Below, piece by piece: positions 24,626 to 36,968 of a stretch of DNA of 64,000 nt. The stretch lies in the NCBI RefSeq assembly GCF_021028975.2, contig NC_059429.1, positions 5,084,001 to 5,148,000 of the forward strand. Reading direction: 5' to 3'. The DNA is from Sphaerodactylus townsendi. Lineage: Eukaryota. Position 1 is the stretch's first letter, and every line of letters begins with the position of its first letter. The notes beneath the pieces were generated by a model. That model made no database searches. It was not told where the DNA came from and saw only the letters and a list, made by a program, of their open reading frames with translations. Made by a program: the position numbers and the translations under genes.

Positions 24626-26311
24626 TCAGTCTAGGCAGACATAAGGCAGGATGTTGAGGTGCCCGTCATCCCCGTGTGGGTCTAGCGATATGCACTGCGT
24701 CCAATCATACCAGTTACCCTGTGTATCATAGCAACCATTCACACCCGGCCAGTGGTGGTCAGATATTCTGTTGAGGTCCTCCCTTGTGACCTCTCGTGTC
24801 ACCCCAGGCAAGTTTGTGGGTTTGCTGCTGACAGGAACCAGAACATGGGTCTTTCTGGCTTCCCTCCTAGTGCTTTCCTCTTGCTTTAAATATTGAGACA
24901 TGAAGTAGGGGGCCCCTGGAGTTTGCACTCCCGAAGAGGACAGCAAGGTACTCTGCCTATCCAAGTAGGACTGAATGATTTCATTCCTGGACAATTCTTT
25001 CCAATTAGTTTGTTCGAAGGGGCTCTGCAGCAGGGGCGGGGCTTGCTCCTGCCTGTCAGAGTCTGTCCTGTGCGGCTGGGCAAGAGTGAGGTCCGCCTGC
25101 AGAGAGTCCCTCTGTGCCAAAGGTTTGATCTCGCCCGTCTTGGGGTCGAAGGTGAGCCGCCTCTCCTTTTTTAACCGGACGGGCTTCACACCTGCTTCTA
25201 GCGCCTGCCCATCCAAGTTGACCACGTAGTCTTTAGGCCGGTATTTTTTCTTCTTCCTGCTGTCGGACCCCGATGCAGTGCTGTCGCTGTCCATCTTTGA
25301 GGTGTCTGGCGAGAGGTCAGCCAAGGACTCAGCAAGGTGCAGGCTGCTCCCATCGCCAGGGGATAGTCCTGTGGCAAGCCAGTGTTGGCTCTCGGGGGCT
25401 GTCTGCTGCTCCTGGGAATGCAGAGGCGGCTCTGGGCCCACCGGCTGAGCTGCCTCCAGCCTCTTGGCCAGCGTTGGCGGCGTTGGCGGGTGTGTCAGAG
25501 AAAGAGGTGGTGATAAGGGCACTGCCACTGCAGCATCCAAGAGGGGAGGCCTCAGAGACGAAGGCGGCACAGAGCCCTTCGGAGAGCATGTGGCGTGCTG
25601 ACGAGCCAGAGTTTCCAGCCTGACGTGCCTGGGACAGAACGAAGAGCGGCAGGGGCTCCGCAGCTGGCTAGCAGCCTCCTCCACTCTCTCCTGCTGCTGC
25701 TGTTGCTGCATCACTGCTGTCTTGAGCAACAAGGAAGTTCCAGAAGATTTGAAGAGCCCTGGAGAGCTCGTGTGGGGCCTGACCGCATTCACTGGAATCT
25801 TACTGAGCTTGTCATTTTCACCCAGCTCTGCTCGACTACCTTCTGGCCCAGGCAGGGTGGTCACTTCTGGAGGGCTGGGGAAACTCTCAGGGCTCCCTCC
25901 AATCCCATTGGTGGGGGGCGGGGAAGAGTTCTGTAATACTTCATAGATGGCTTTTGAAACTTTTGACGGAGGAGCACCTTGGGGGTCATCGTGGGGTTCA
26001 CCTCTCCGCTTCCGGTTGCCTGGCTTCTCTGATTTCGGAGAGTTCAGCTTCTGGACATCATTCCTGTTCTTCACATCGTGAATGGGCTTGGATCCTACCA
26101 CAGCCACAGGGGGGATTTCCATGCGGCAGTTGTGAGCTCCACCATTTGCTGATCCAGGTGGATTTGATAACCCCCTTGAGACAGTCTCATTTTGTGTTAC
26201 AGGCTCGATCAGCTTCTGCCAATTTCGGAGCAGTTTTTTTGCACGTTTAGCCAACTCCTCGTTCTTGGTTTTCTTCCGCACGTCATTAATCAACTTGCCC
26301 AGTCTCGTTTC
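24626..26311 (-). CDS. MED26: MED26 exon 3 (Mediator subunit 26; end of the TFIIS-N-like domain to C-terminal NILPYVCLD*)
   Basis: TAG acceptor 26314-26312 then ETRLGKLINDVRKKTKNEELAKRAKKLLR; C-terminal WPGVNGCYDTQGNWYDWTQCISLDPHGDDG; about 611 aa in total. Confidence 0.97.
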   Translation of the reverse strand, partial: ETRLGKLINDVRKKTKNEELAKRAKKLLRNWQKLIEPVTQNETVSRGLSNPPGSANGGAHNCRMEIPPVAVVGSKPIHDVKNRNDVQKLNSPKSEKPGNRKRRGEPHDDPQGAPPSKVSKAIYEVLQNSSPPPTNGIGGSPESFPSPPEVTTLPGPEGSRAELGENDKLSKIPVNAVRPHTSSPGLFKSSGTSLLLKTAVMQQQQQQERVEEAASQLRSPCRSSFCPRHVRLETLARQHATCSPKGSVPPSSLRPPLLDAAVAVPLSPPLSLTHPPTPPTLAKRLEAAQPVGPEPPLHSQEQQTAPESQHWLATGLSPGDGSSLHLAESLADLSPDTSKMDSDSTASGSDSRKKKKYRPKDYVVNLDGQALEAGVKPVRLKKERRLTFDPKTGEIKPLAQRDSLQADLTLAQPHRTDSDRQEQAPPLLQSPFEQTNWKELSRNEIIQSYLDRQSTLLSSSGVQTPGAPYFMSQYLKQEESTRREARKTHVLVPVSSKPTNLPGVTREVTREDLNRISDHHWPGVNGCYDTQGNWYDWTQCISLDPHGDDGHLNILPYVCLD

Positions 26312-27326
26312 CTATTTAAAAAAACAAAGCATCAAGGAAGAGATGTCACTTCAGAAGATTCACAGCTGAGTTGTGCCACAGCCACACAAGAATCCTGACA
26401 TTTACAAGTGCAAAAGAGGGGCCTTATTCCTCCAAACTGATACATCAGTAATGTATCCCCTGCAGTCTGCCCCCACCTCCTGGAAATAGAAACTAGAACC
26501 AGAAGGAGTACAGGGAACAAGATGTGTACACACACAACTTCCATGCCTCCCCCCCGCCCCAAAAGAATCAGGGCAAGATTAACTGTCAGCTCTATAGCTC
26601 AGGTTACAAGGGTAAGGCAATGCTCACCACTGAAATCAGCTAATAAGATTTGGGAAGGGAGTAGTGAGCCGCTACTGCATGTATCAGAAGCATTTGGGCA
26701 GCATGGCAAAGGGCCGTGTATTTTCAGGACAGGAAACAACATGGGGTGGACCGATGGGCATTAGCGCCACAGCTGGAATCTGTACTCCCCACCAATTAGG
26801 GGAAGGAAATAAATTTTAAGAGGGAACTTCTGCTAACGACCCTCAAGCCATCCCCTCCCCCAGCTCTGCCTAACGTGCTGCACAGGCCACTGCACTGCAA
26901 GCACCATTTAGTATGTGGCACAGTGCCACGTCTCTTCATGCAGCCCTGCTGCTGCCTTCCCACACCAAGGAAAGTGGTAATGAGACAGTTCTGCATTAAG
27001 TGTCGAGTGAAGCCAAAATTAAACAAGGTGAGAAACAAGAGCTTTTTGCTGCCAGCTTTTCCTCTAACGCCAGCCGCAACTGAACCAAGGCAAGAGGTGA
27101 GATAAGTGCAGCTCACTGCCATCGACAGAACGGAAGGCCTGCCAGGTTATCTCCAACGTGGCATACCAAATACCGTGAAGTCAGAAGCCGATGGTCGGCA
27201 CTGCGATGGCTGCTTCTTCCAAACTGAGAGTACCCCCCTCTTGTAAGCGCTTTTTAACTTCTGCGCGGAAAGCTGGCTGCTTGCTGAAAACAATCAAGGA
27301 GGGAAGGGCTTGACATGGAAACATAC

Positions 27327-27401
27327 CTCAAGAACCTCTTTGGTAATGGGATATTTCTCCAAGCTGGAGATCACTTCCAGTACCACCACCATGTTATGTA
27401 T
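27327..27401 (-). CDS. MED26: MED26 exon 2 (IHNMVVVLEVISSLEKYPITKEVLE)
   Basis: 75 nt, CAG acceptor, GTATG donor. Confidence 0.94.
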
Positions 27402-27886
27402 CTGCTAAAAAAAGGGAAAGAATAGAGAATATAACCATCACTTGAGAAAAAACAAGGGGTCCTCTGAAGCTGGAGGACTCTCTACTGCAGCCATTCTCAA
27501 CCATGTCCCAGGGGTACCGTGGCAACACTACCGCCCCCCCCCTCATTTTTGTGGTGTCTCCCACCAGCGCCAGCAAGGACATGGAGCTGGCCCATGGGGC
27601 AGGGCCAGCCACAAGGTCAGCAGCTACCCCCCCCCCCCAGTGCTACCCTTCACCCTGGGAGGGGAAGGTGGGGTGTGTGGCAAGCAGGGGCAATGGGAGG
27701 GAAGGTGGAGGGAGGCGGCAGGGGTACCGGGAGATATGAAGAGTGAGGTCAAGGGTACCCTGACCTCGAAAAGGTTGGGAAACACTGCTGTACTGTAACA
27801 TGCTATAAAAGCTGAGCTGCAACAATCTGGCTCAAGTACAAATGTTGCGAAGACAGCCCCAATGCAGACCCCACATTCATTCAAAC

Positions 27887-29326
27887 CAGAGGTGGGACCC
27901 AGCAGGTTCTCACCAGTTCCCGAGAGTGGGTTACTAATTATTTGTGTGTGCCGAGAGGGAGTTACTAATTGGGTCCGCTTTTCCGTCTCCACGCCCTCGC
28001 CTCCCCCTCTCTTCTTCTTTCTCGTAGCCCGGAGCTTGCCGGGCTAGTAAGAGGAGGGACCCTTTAACTACTGTTGGGTCCAGGGGACTCTTTACTTGCT
28101 TGGTAGGCTATTTATTTTGGCACTCTTGTCTGTTCATTTTATGATATAAATTGTGATTTACCATGATGCTTGGCCACTTAAAAGCTGTATTCCTGTATGT
28201 GAGAATGTTATGCTAATCTGTGTCTCTAATCCTGGATTAATTGATGTGAAATATCTGCAGAATATACAGTATGGATTGCGAATTCTAGTTCACAATGGAT
28301 GATGTTCTGGTTTATTTTTTTACTTTAAACAGAAGAAGAAGAGTGGATTTATATCCCCCCTTTCTCTCCTGCAGGAGACTCAAAGGGGCTTACAATCTCC
28401 TTGCCCTTCCCCCTTCACAACAAACATCCTGTGCGGTGGGTGGGGCTGAAAACTGTGACTAGCCAAAGGTCACCCAGGAATAAAAAGAGAGTGTTAATGA
28501 CTGATTTTAAGTATTTATGGGGTTAAAGGATTACAAAGCATTTTGTATAAGTGAAAGGTGAAAGGTACTAACTACTAATGCTTACTCAATTTTTTAAAAA
28601 GTCATGACCTGTGTATCCTGGCAGTAGCCTTGATATCTAGCTCTTGAATATGCCTATGCAGTAGGAATGGGTCCATTGGATCCACGCTTTAATGAATTTG
28701 TGGTCTTAATCTAAAGTGCAAATTATCTTTGGAGTATTGAAATGTATTAGGCCCCTTCCAAGGAATATAGTTAACAAACAGTGGTGGATTTTAGTGAATC
28801 TCTCACTAAACTGTAGTGACCCACTGCATGATTCTTACAGTTGGTATACAAGTCCTGTTGTTTCCTATGTATCCGGTTAGCGAAGGTAGAAAACGGGATA
28901 ATTCTCCCAGTTGGGCTGTTTTAAAAACATGTTTTAGAAATATGGTAAAGTTCCTTGTTTAAGGAAAGTATCCTTCTTTTGATTTCTAGAAACAAAATTA
29001 AGTATTTGAAAGTATTAAGTATTTGACAGGCAGTCAGTTAGAGGAGAAGTAGTTGTTTCTGTTGGCTGTAGGCGATAGGACTTGCTATAATGAGTTTAAA
29101 TTACGGACAGAAAGATACCAGCTGGAAATTAGGAACTTTTTTTTTTACAGTAAGAGTTTTTTACAATAACTGAGAAATTATTAATGCCCCGCCCCTGGAA
29201 TGCCTGGCCACGCGCCTCGTCAGGTGCCCTTCGGCACTTCCAGCCCCATTGCCATTGGCGCTACGCCACTGTTTGAATCCCACCACCATGGGAACCTGTT
29301 GCTAAAATTTTTGGATCCCACCACTG
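27887..29326 (-). mobile_element. family E hAT-like element with internal cargo, including a partial SINE at ~28330-28477
   Basis: Termini cagaggtggga / tcccaccactg; 8-bp TSD attcaaac (27879-27886, 29327-29334). Confidence 0.8.
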
Positions 29327-30286
29327 ATTCAAACTCAGAAGCTGGACAACGGTCCCTTCAAAAAGAGAGCTTAGGGCAGAGACTGCCTGTTAGCGTAGGC
29401 CTCTCACTGTGACGGCAACATCTACTGTTGCAACTCAACTCCACTGCGTTCATTATGAAGTGTGCCACCAACATCATAACAGCTGGGGAACATAAAGAGA
29501 CCAAAAGTAAGTGCCCTGGTATGCATAGCAATGGGACACACAATATATTATCGGGTAGTCCAAGACATCCATTGGGTGAAATCACAAAAACCATGCTGAA
29601 GAAGTAATTGGGAAAAGAGGATGTGATGCACATGGCAAACAGCTATAGAATTCAGCAATTCTTTAATGTCATCCTGAAAACTTGATAGAACAAATGCAAT
29701 GGCACACAGACAGACAGTTCTAAAGCATCACACTGTGCTCTGGGCCCACACAAAGAGCCTCATGAAGCAACACTCCTCTTCCATCAAAACAACATTACAA
29801 ATCAAGGACACATACATGGCTTCTGTAGGAGAACAAATGCAACAGAAAGCACTTATTTAAGGCAAGATGTAAACAAGCCAGACCCTTGGCCAAGAGACGC
29901 TAAACTGTTTGGTGCTTCAGAGGTATGCTTGGTTCCAAAGCATGATGCAGTTTCCAAATAATAAGTTCCAGGTAAGAGCATGCACGCACACACGCACATG
30001 CACACACACAGAGGAAGGCTACTCCACACGACCTTTCCTGATTTCCATCTGCATCAAGGTCCTCCCATGATCCTTTATTTACCTCCCTAAAGATGACCCG
30101 AAGCAGATTACAAGATTGTTCTTAATTTATAATTAGAATCACCATCCATGTGAAACAGGCTGACAGAAATTATCCCAAGATAAATTATCCCAGTACAGTT
30201 CCACAACAGAGTGGCAATCTACACCCTGTGTCTCTTGGATCCTAGTGTGGCACTTTAACCACTATACCACGCAAACTATTCCATTA

Positions 30287-33011
30287 CTTTAAACATAAAA
30301 AGACACAAACTGGTTGGTCTGGCCAAAGTGTGAAAGCAATTATTTCACAAGGAAAATACTAATAGATTTAAGGTAGAGGGGACATCAATGATGGAACAAA
30401 CTGCCCAACCCTGAGTTACTCTATGGCAGTGGTGGCGAACCTATTGGCACTCCAGATGTTCATGGAATTGGGATTCCATGGGAATTGTAGTCCATGAACA
30501 TCTGGAGAGCCGCAGGTTCCCTACCCCTGCCTTAAACATAAAAAGACACAAACTGGTTGGTCTGGCCAAGTAGAAAGCAATTATTTCACAAGAAAAATAC
30601 TAATAGATTTCCATGCAGAGGGGACATCAATGATGGAAACAAATCGCCCAACCCTGAGTTAGCTCTCTATGCAGTGGTGTATGCAACCCATTGGCACCTC
30701 CATAGATGTTCATGGAACAGACCCATGGGAATTGTAGTCCATGAACATCTGGAGAGCCGCAGGTTCCCTACCCCTGCCTTAAACATAAAAAGACACAAAC
30801 TGGTTGGTCTGGCCAAAGTGTGAAAGCAATTATTTCACAAGGAAAATACTAATAGATTTAAGGTAGAGGGGACATCAATGATGGAACAAACTGCCCAACC
30901 CTGAGTTACTCTATGGCAGTGGTGGCGAACCTATTGGCACTCCAGATGTTCATGGAATTGGGATTCCATGGGAATTGTAGTCCATGAACACCTGGAGAGC
31001 CGCAGGTTCCCTGCAATTCCTGCCTTAAAACATAAAAGACACAAACTGCTTGGTCTGGCCAAAGTGTGTGCTAAATTATTTCACAAGGAAAATACTCAAT
31101 AGATTTAAGGTAGAGTACATCAATGATGGAAACAAACTGCCCAACCCTGAGCATTTCTATGGAGTAAGTGGTAGAGACCCATTGGCACTCCAGATGTTCA
31201 TGGAATTGGGATCTCCATGGAATTGTAGTCCATGAACACCTGGAGAGCCATGCAGGTTCTCTACCCCTGCCTTGCAGAACATAAAAAAAGACACAAAACT
31301 GGCTTGGTCTGGCCAAAGTGTGAAAGCAATTATTTCCACAAGGAAAATACTAATAGATTTTAAGGTAGAGGGGACATCAATGATGGAAACAAAACTGCCC
31401 AACTCCTGAGTTACTAATAATTTTATGAGAAAGTGGTGGCGAACCTATTGGCACTCCAGGTGTTCATGGAATTGGGATTCCATGGGAATTAGAACTATGA
31501 ACAATCTGAGAGCCAGAGAGGTTCCTACCCTGCCTTAAACATAAAAAAGACAAACTGGTTGGTCTGGCCAAAGTGTGAAAGCAATTATTTCAGCTGCTGA
31601 AAAATACTAATAGATTTAAGGTAGAGGGGACATCAATGATGGAACAAACTGCCCAACCCTGAGTTACTCTATGGCAGTGGTGGCGAACCTATTGGCACTC
31701 CAGATGTTCATGGAATTGGGATTCCATGGGAATTGTAGTCCATGAACACCTGGAGTGCCATAGGTTCCCTACCCCTGCCTTAAACATAAAAAGACACAAA
31801 CTGGTTGGTCTGGCCAAAGTGTGAAAGCAATTATTTCACAAGGAAAATACTAATAGATTTAAGGTAGAGGGGACATCAATGATGGAACAAACTGCCTGTA
31901 ACCCCTGAGTTATTTATGAGAAAAGCAGGATAATCTCCATTGGCACTCCAGATGTTCATGGAATTGGGATTCCATGGGAATTGTAGTCCATGAACACCTG
32001 GAGAGCCGCAGGTTCCCTACCCCTGCCTTAAACATAAAAAGACACAAACTGGTTGGTCTGGCCAAAGTGTGAAAGCAATTATTTCACAAGGAAAATACTA
32101 ATAGATTTAAGGTAGAGGGGACATCAATGATGGAACAAACTGCCCAACCCTGAGTTACTCTATGGCAGTGGTGGCGAACCTATTGGCACTCCAGATGTTC
32201 ATGGAATTGGGATTCCATGGGAATTGTAGTCCATGAACACCTGGAGAGCCGCAGGTTCCCTACCCCTGCCTTAAACATAAAAAGACACAAACTGGTTGGT
32301 CTGGCCAAAGTGTGAAAGCAATTATTTCACAAGGAAAATACTAATAGATTTAAGGTAGAGGGGACATCAATGATGGAACAAACTGCCCAACCCTGAGTTA
32401 CTTCCATGGCAGGAAATATAACCTATTGTTAATCTAGATGTTCCATGGAATTGGGATCATGGGAATTGTAGTCCATGAACACCTGAGTGCCAGTAGGTTC
32501 CTACCCCTGCCTTAAAATATAAAAAAAAGACAATAAAACTGGTTGGTTCAAGCAAAGTGTGTGGAAAGCAATTATTCTACAAGGAAAATACTTCAATAGA
32601 TTTAAGGTAGAGGGGACACTCAATGATGGGAACAAACTGCCCAACCCTGAGTTATTTATGAGTAGTGGTGTATAACCTAACTCCAGATGTTCATGGAATT
32701 GGGATTCCATGGGAATTGTAGTCCATGAACACCTGGAGTGCCATAGGTTCCCTACCCCTGCCTTAAACATAAAAAGACACAAACTGGTTGGTCTGGCCAA
32801 AGTGTGAAAGCAATTATTTCACAAGGAAAATACTAATAGATTTAAGGTAGAGGGGACATCAATGATGGAACAAACTGCCCAACCCTGAGTTACTCTATGG
32901 CAGTGGTGGCGAACCTATTGGCACTCCAGGTGTTCATGGAATTGGGATTCCATGGGAATTGTAGTCCATGAACACCTGGAGTGCCATAGGTTCGCCACCA
33001 CTGCTCTATGG
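30287..33011. repeat. tandem array, 11 x ~243 bp, each unit a ~140-bp spacer plus a chimeric hAT MITE
   Basis: Period 243 (30291 to 30534; 32030 to 32273); located in MED26 intron 1. Confidence 0.92.
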
Positions 33012-34261
33012 TTAAGGAAACCTAACACACACCGGCATCAGATCTTATGGGCAAAGAATGAGGCAGTGAAGAAAGTCAGACAAGATCAAAGATCAAAAGT
33101 CAAAACAAGCCAGTTGCCTGGAAGACCATTTGCATCTGCAAGGAAGCCACAGATCTTACCTCAAACCAGCAGGACACAAAAATCTTACACAAAAACAACA
33201 GCTAAACAGTTGGATGGATTTAACTTTGCTGAAAGGCTGTAGTAAAGCCCTAGAAAAAGGGCCAAATGTGCAGAATATTGACAGGATGACAGTGAAGTCA
33301 GTCTCAAATCTTCGTGAGATGAAGATACTGGAAGTAGAGTAGGCATGGGAGAGAAGGTGGAAGAGCTGCACTTGGGCAAACAGAACCCTACATCTACACC
33401 GCAAATACTTATTCCTAGATCAGCAAGGAATCCAAGGCCCCATCCAATTTCTACCCCTCAAGGATCAGCTCACCAGCTCAGTCACAAAAAACACAGCTCT
33501 GCTTAAAGCCTGCTGCACGTCTCTAATATATGTGATGCGTTCTGAACAAGAGAAATGTGTCATGTATATATGTACTAATAACCACCTCCTAGAGTGGTCA
33601 GGGCTGCACCATGCCAGCATGACTTGAAGATGGCTCATTCTACCTGCGAAGAAAGATCTGGAGAAGCAGCTGTAGCCACAACCCTACTCGTTACGATGAA
33701 GTGGCCACTCCCACCATTGCAGAGAATAGTGCAAAATTATAGGAGCTGCATTTCTCCAGCCCAGCTTTAATCATTTAGTCACCCAGCTGTTATTAATCAG
33801 CTCTGGACTTTTGTGGTGCCACTTGTTTATGGCAACAAGAGAGGGCCAAGATGAAGCCCATTACAGGGGTCACATGTACCTAAACTGCTTACTGCTCACA
33901 AAAGACCCCACAAACGGAAGATCATACAGTGAACTTCCAGAAGGGCCTGTTGCTTGGAACCAGGTCAACCAAAGATGGTCCTCTATTTTTCTAATCTGCA
34001 TCTCCTCATTAGTTCTTGTTGCCTCAGTTCTCTTCAACATGGGAACTGTACTGTGTATTAAGCCTAAATTACATGCTATTCTCTTTAACCACTACCTACC
34101 CAAGGTTCTGGATTTCCTAAACTACGCAAAGCAACCAAGTCCAAAGGGGGAGGGGGTAGGATATTAAATCAAATAAATAATAACCACCGCCACCTCCTCT
34201 GGTCTTGGTTTATACAGGGCATCAACTGCAGTCTGTGCCCTGCTGATGAATGTGCTAGTCA

Positions 34262-34775
34262 CTGAACATCAGAAGAGCCTTGCTGAGTCACACCAATGGT
34301 CCATCTATTCCAGCACCCTGTTTTATACAGTGGTCATCTATGTGTGCTGGAAGGCCAATAACAGGACACAGAAGTTGAGGCTTTCTCTGATGTAACTTCC
34401 TAGCATTGGTAGAGTCCAAGCAAGGAAGAGATCTGCTTCTTAATGGGAGGGGGGGGGGTCCCTTTAGTCATTAATAAATCTCTCCCCTGTAAATTTGGCT
34501 AATCCATCTATTCTTGTTGCCATCACTACATGCACTAGCAGTAAACTTCACATCACTACATGCACTAGCAGTAAACCTCACAATGCAATGACTCATTATG
34601 CAAATAAGTACTGTTGTCAATTCTGAATGTATTCTGAATCCAGTGCCCCTGAATATTAATATTATATGTGAGAAAGTGTTCTCTCTATCCACTGTTATCA
34701 CTTCATGCATAATTTAAACTTCTACTCAGTTCTCCTTTATATTTTTTTTCCTAAACTGTAAAGCCCCCAGACATC
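34262..34775 (-). mobile_element. old, diverged CR1 3' fragment
   Basis: Diverged counterpart of 11835-12360 (gaacatcagaagagcc..ggtccatcta.tccagca; atgcataattt; ctaaact..aaagcccc). Confidence 0.55.
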
Positions 34776-34783
34776 ATCCAGAG

Positions 34784-34969
34784 CAGTGGTTCTCAACCTG
34801 TGAGTCGGGACCCCTTTGGGGGTTGAACGACCCTTTCACAGGGGTCGCCTAAGACTCTCTGCATCAGTGTTCTCCATCTGTAAAATAGATAAATGTTAGG
34901 GTTGGGGGTCACCACAACATGAGGAACTGTATTAAAGGGTCGCGGCATTAGGAAGGTTGAGAACCACTG
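34784..34969 (+). mobile_element. SPIN (Space Invader, hAT) MITE
   Basis: cagtggttctcaacctgtg..gacccctttgggggt.gaacgaccctttcacaggggtcgcctaagac...ggggtcaccacaacatgaggaactgtattaaagggtcgcggcattaggaaggttgagaaccactg; TSD atccagag (34776-34783, 34970-34977). Confidence 0.85.
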
Positions 34970-35192
34970 ATCCAGAGCTTATAATATTTGAAAGTGCTCA
35001 GATTCAATACATTAGACAAAAATAGGATTGCAGCTCAGAAGCATATGTGCTTCTGGGGCAAACAGAAGTAGGCTCCTTTAAGCCAGAAGAGCTTTCCCAA
35101 CACAGCCCAATCCCAAAAGGAGGTCAATACCCGCATCTTGGACCAGCAATTCACAAACTGGGGGGGGGGGAGCGCAAATGACTTCAGTATGT

Positions 35193-35314
35193 ATTGTCGA
35201 AGGCTTTCACAGCCGGATTCAACTGGTACTGGTGGGTTTTCCAGGCTGTGTGGCCGTGGTCACAAGATCCACCAGACCACGGCCACACAGCCCAGAAAAG
35301 CCACCAGAACCAGT
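35193..35314. mobile_element. short Penelope-derived palindrome lacking the ribozyme cores
   Basis: Same arms as 10011-10293; direct flanks tgacttcagtatgt (35179-35192, 35315-35328). Confidence 0.7.
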
Positions 35315-36049
35315 TGACTTCAGTATGTTTGTCACACCTGTGAAAAAGGCAAAAGTACAGCACATGAAGTCATGAGGGGCAGCACCTCGCTGTGGACAAA
35401 AAGTATGGGAGAGGCAGCAAGTTTTGAAAGGAGATGATGGCAAATTCCGTGACAGAGTGGTTTAGACCCTACAACAGAAGGTCCCAAAGATCTAACAGGC
35501 CTGTGCAAGTTCAGGGCAGGACTCCCCCACACCAAGACAATCGGGAAAAGGTTTCAGGACATGAGATATACACTCAATGCAAGAAACTAACAGAACAGAG
35601 GGAGAAGCAGCACAGCATTACGAGGTAGAGAATCCTGGAGACAAAAAGGCAACTGGCCCCAAAACTACAGCAGCCTGGATCCATTTGCGTGCCAGGCAGG
35701 AGCAAGCCTTTTACCAGCAGCAGCAGAGCTGCTTTCCTAGTCCCTGTCCTGGGTGGTACCAACCCCAAAACATGATGGGGGGGGGCCAACCAAGGAGAAA
35801 ACCTGTGAGGGTACTTGGAAGAGAGAGAGATGAGACACAGAGAGCAATTGTGGAGGGAACAAGGAGTCAGAGAAGGGAAGCCCCCCCTGGGGCAGGTGCC
35901 AAGCAATTGGAAAGGGGGCGACCCCCCCTCCCCCAGGTACAACAAGGCAAGGGGCAGGGGAGTGTCCTTTGACCTTCGGGATGGAGCTGTCCCTGCTCTT
36001 CCTATGGAGGGGGAGCCAAATAAGGTAACCTGGAAGGCCTTCCCCTCGC

Positions 36050-36960
36050 CCAACGCAGCCTGGCCTACGGGGTGGGACGGAGGTGCCCTCTCTCCCGACG
36101 CCCGCCCGCCGTCCACCCGGTCCCCGCACTCACGTTGCTGCGGGGGTCGATGGCCTGCAGCAGCCGGTCCCTGATCTGCTGCGGGGAGGGTCCCGGAGCC
36201 GCTGTCATTGCCCCCCTGGGGAGGAGGCGATGGGGAGGGGGGAGCCGAGGCAGGCGGGCGGGGAGAGGCGGCGGAGACGCCCCCCTCTTCCTGCCGGCCC
36301 CTCTCCCTCCCCGGCCGGCCTCTCCTCGCGGCCTCACTCGCCGGCCTCGCCGCGGGGCAGCCGGCCTCGCCGCATGTTCCGCCCGCGCCCCGGGGCAGGT
36401 GGGCAGTCGCCGCGGAGGGGGGCCCGGGGTCGGCCTGGCCCGGGGGCTGCTCGGCTGAGGAGGAGGAGGAGGCCGAGCTCAACTGTGGGCAGGAGCCAGC
36501 CCGCGCGGTGCACCATGGGACACGCCTGACGGCGGCGGCGCAGGCACGCCGCACGGCGTCTCTGTGGCGTCACGGCGCACCAGCTGCGGGCCGACGCGCA
36601 ACAGCCCCCCCCCCTCCCCCGCTCGCCTCTCCCCTCGGGGAACCAGCTGCTCCTCCGCGCCTGCGCAAAGGGTCCCCCTCGCTCCTTGAGGGATGGAGCG
36701 GGGGGAGGGGGAAAACAGAAGAGGAAAAAGGCGGGAAAAGGAGCCCCGCGCCCCGGGAGGGGGTGGCGCCATCATGGCCGGCGCTTTTTCTCCTCAGGAG
36801 GCGAGTAGTAGGCCGCGCGAAAATGAGTCAGCATTAAAAGAAGAAGAAAAGAAAAGTCTTCGCTGAAAATGAGCCGATTGTCTCCAATTGTTTCGAATTG
36901 TGAATTAAGTCCACCGGGTTTTACTATTTCGTTTGTTGGAGCGAAGGACTCCGCAGCAAC
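36050..36960. promoter_or_regulatory. CpG island / MED26 promoter and 5'UTR
   Basis: GC/CpG-rich region around exon 1. Confidence 0.75.
36134..36208 (-). CDS. MED26: MED26 exon 1 (MTAAPGPSPQQIRDRLLQAIDPRSN)
   Basis: ATG at 36208, GTGAG donor; matches human MTAAPASPQQIRDRLLQAIDPQSN. Confidence 0.95.
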
Positions 36961-36968
36961 AGTCAAAA

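Noticed and set aside
27173-27283. Possible poison exon in MED26 intron 2 (ttttcag...gtatt, early TAA)
   Set aside because: The acceptor is only ~43 nt from the exon 2 donor, too short for a normal intron; no other support.
30287-33011. CRISPR-like array of palindromic repeats and spacers
   Set aside because: The spacers are identical to each other, the unit is 243 bp, the palindromes are MITE halves, there are no cas genes and the context is a vertebrate intron.
35574-36837. Long overlapping ORFs (326, 209 and 148 aa) at the MED26 5' end
   Set aside because: By-products of a stop-poor CpG island; only the 75-nt exon 1 is supported.
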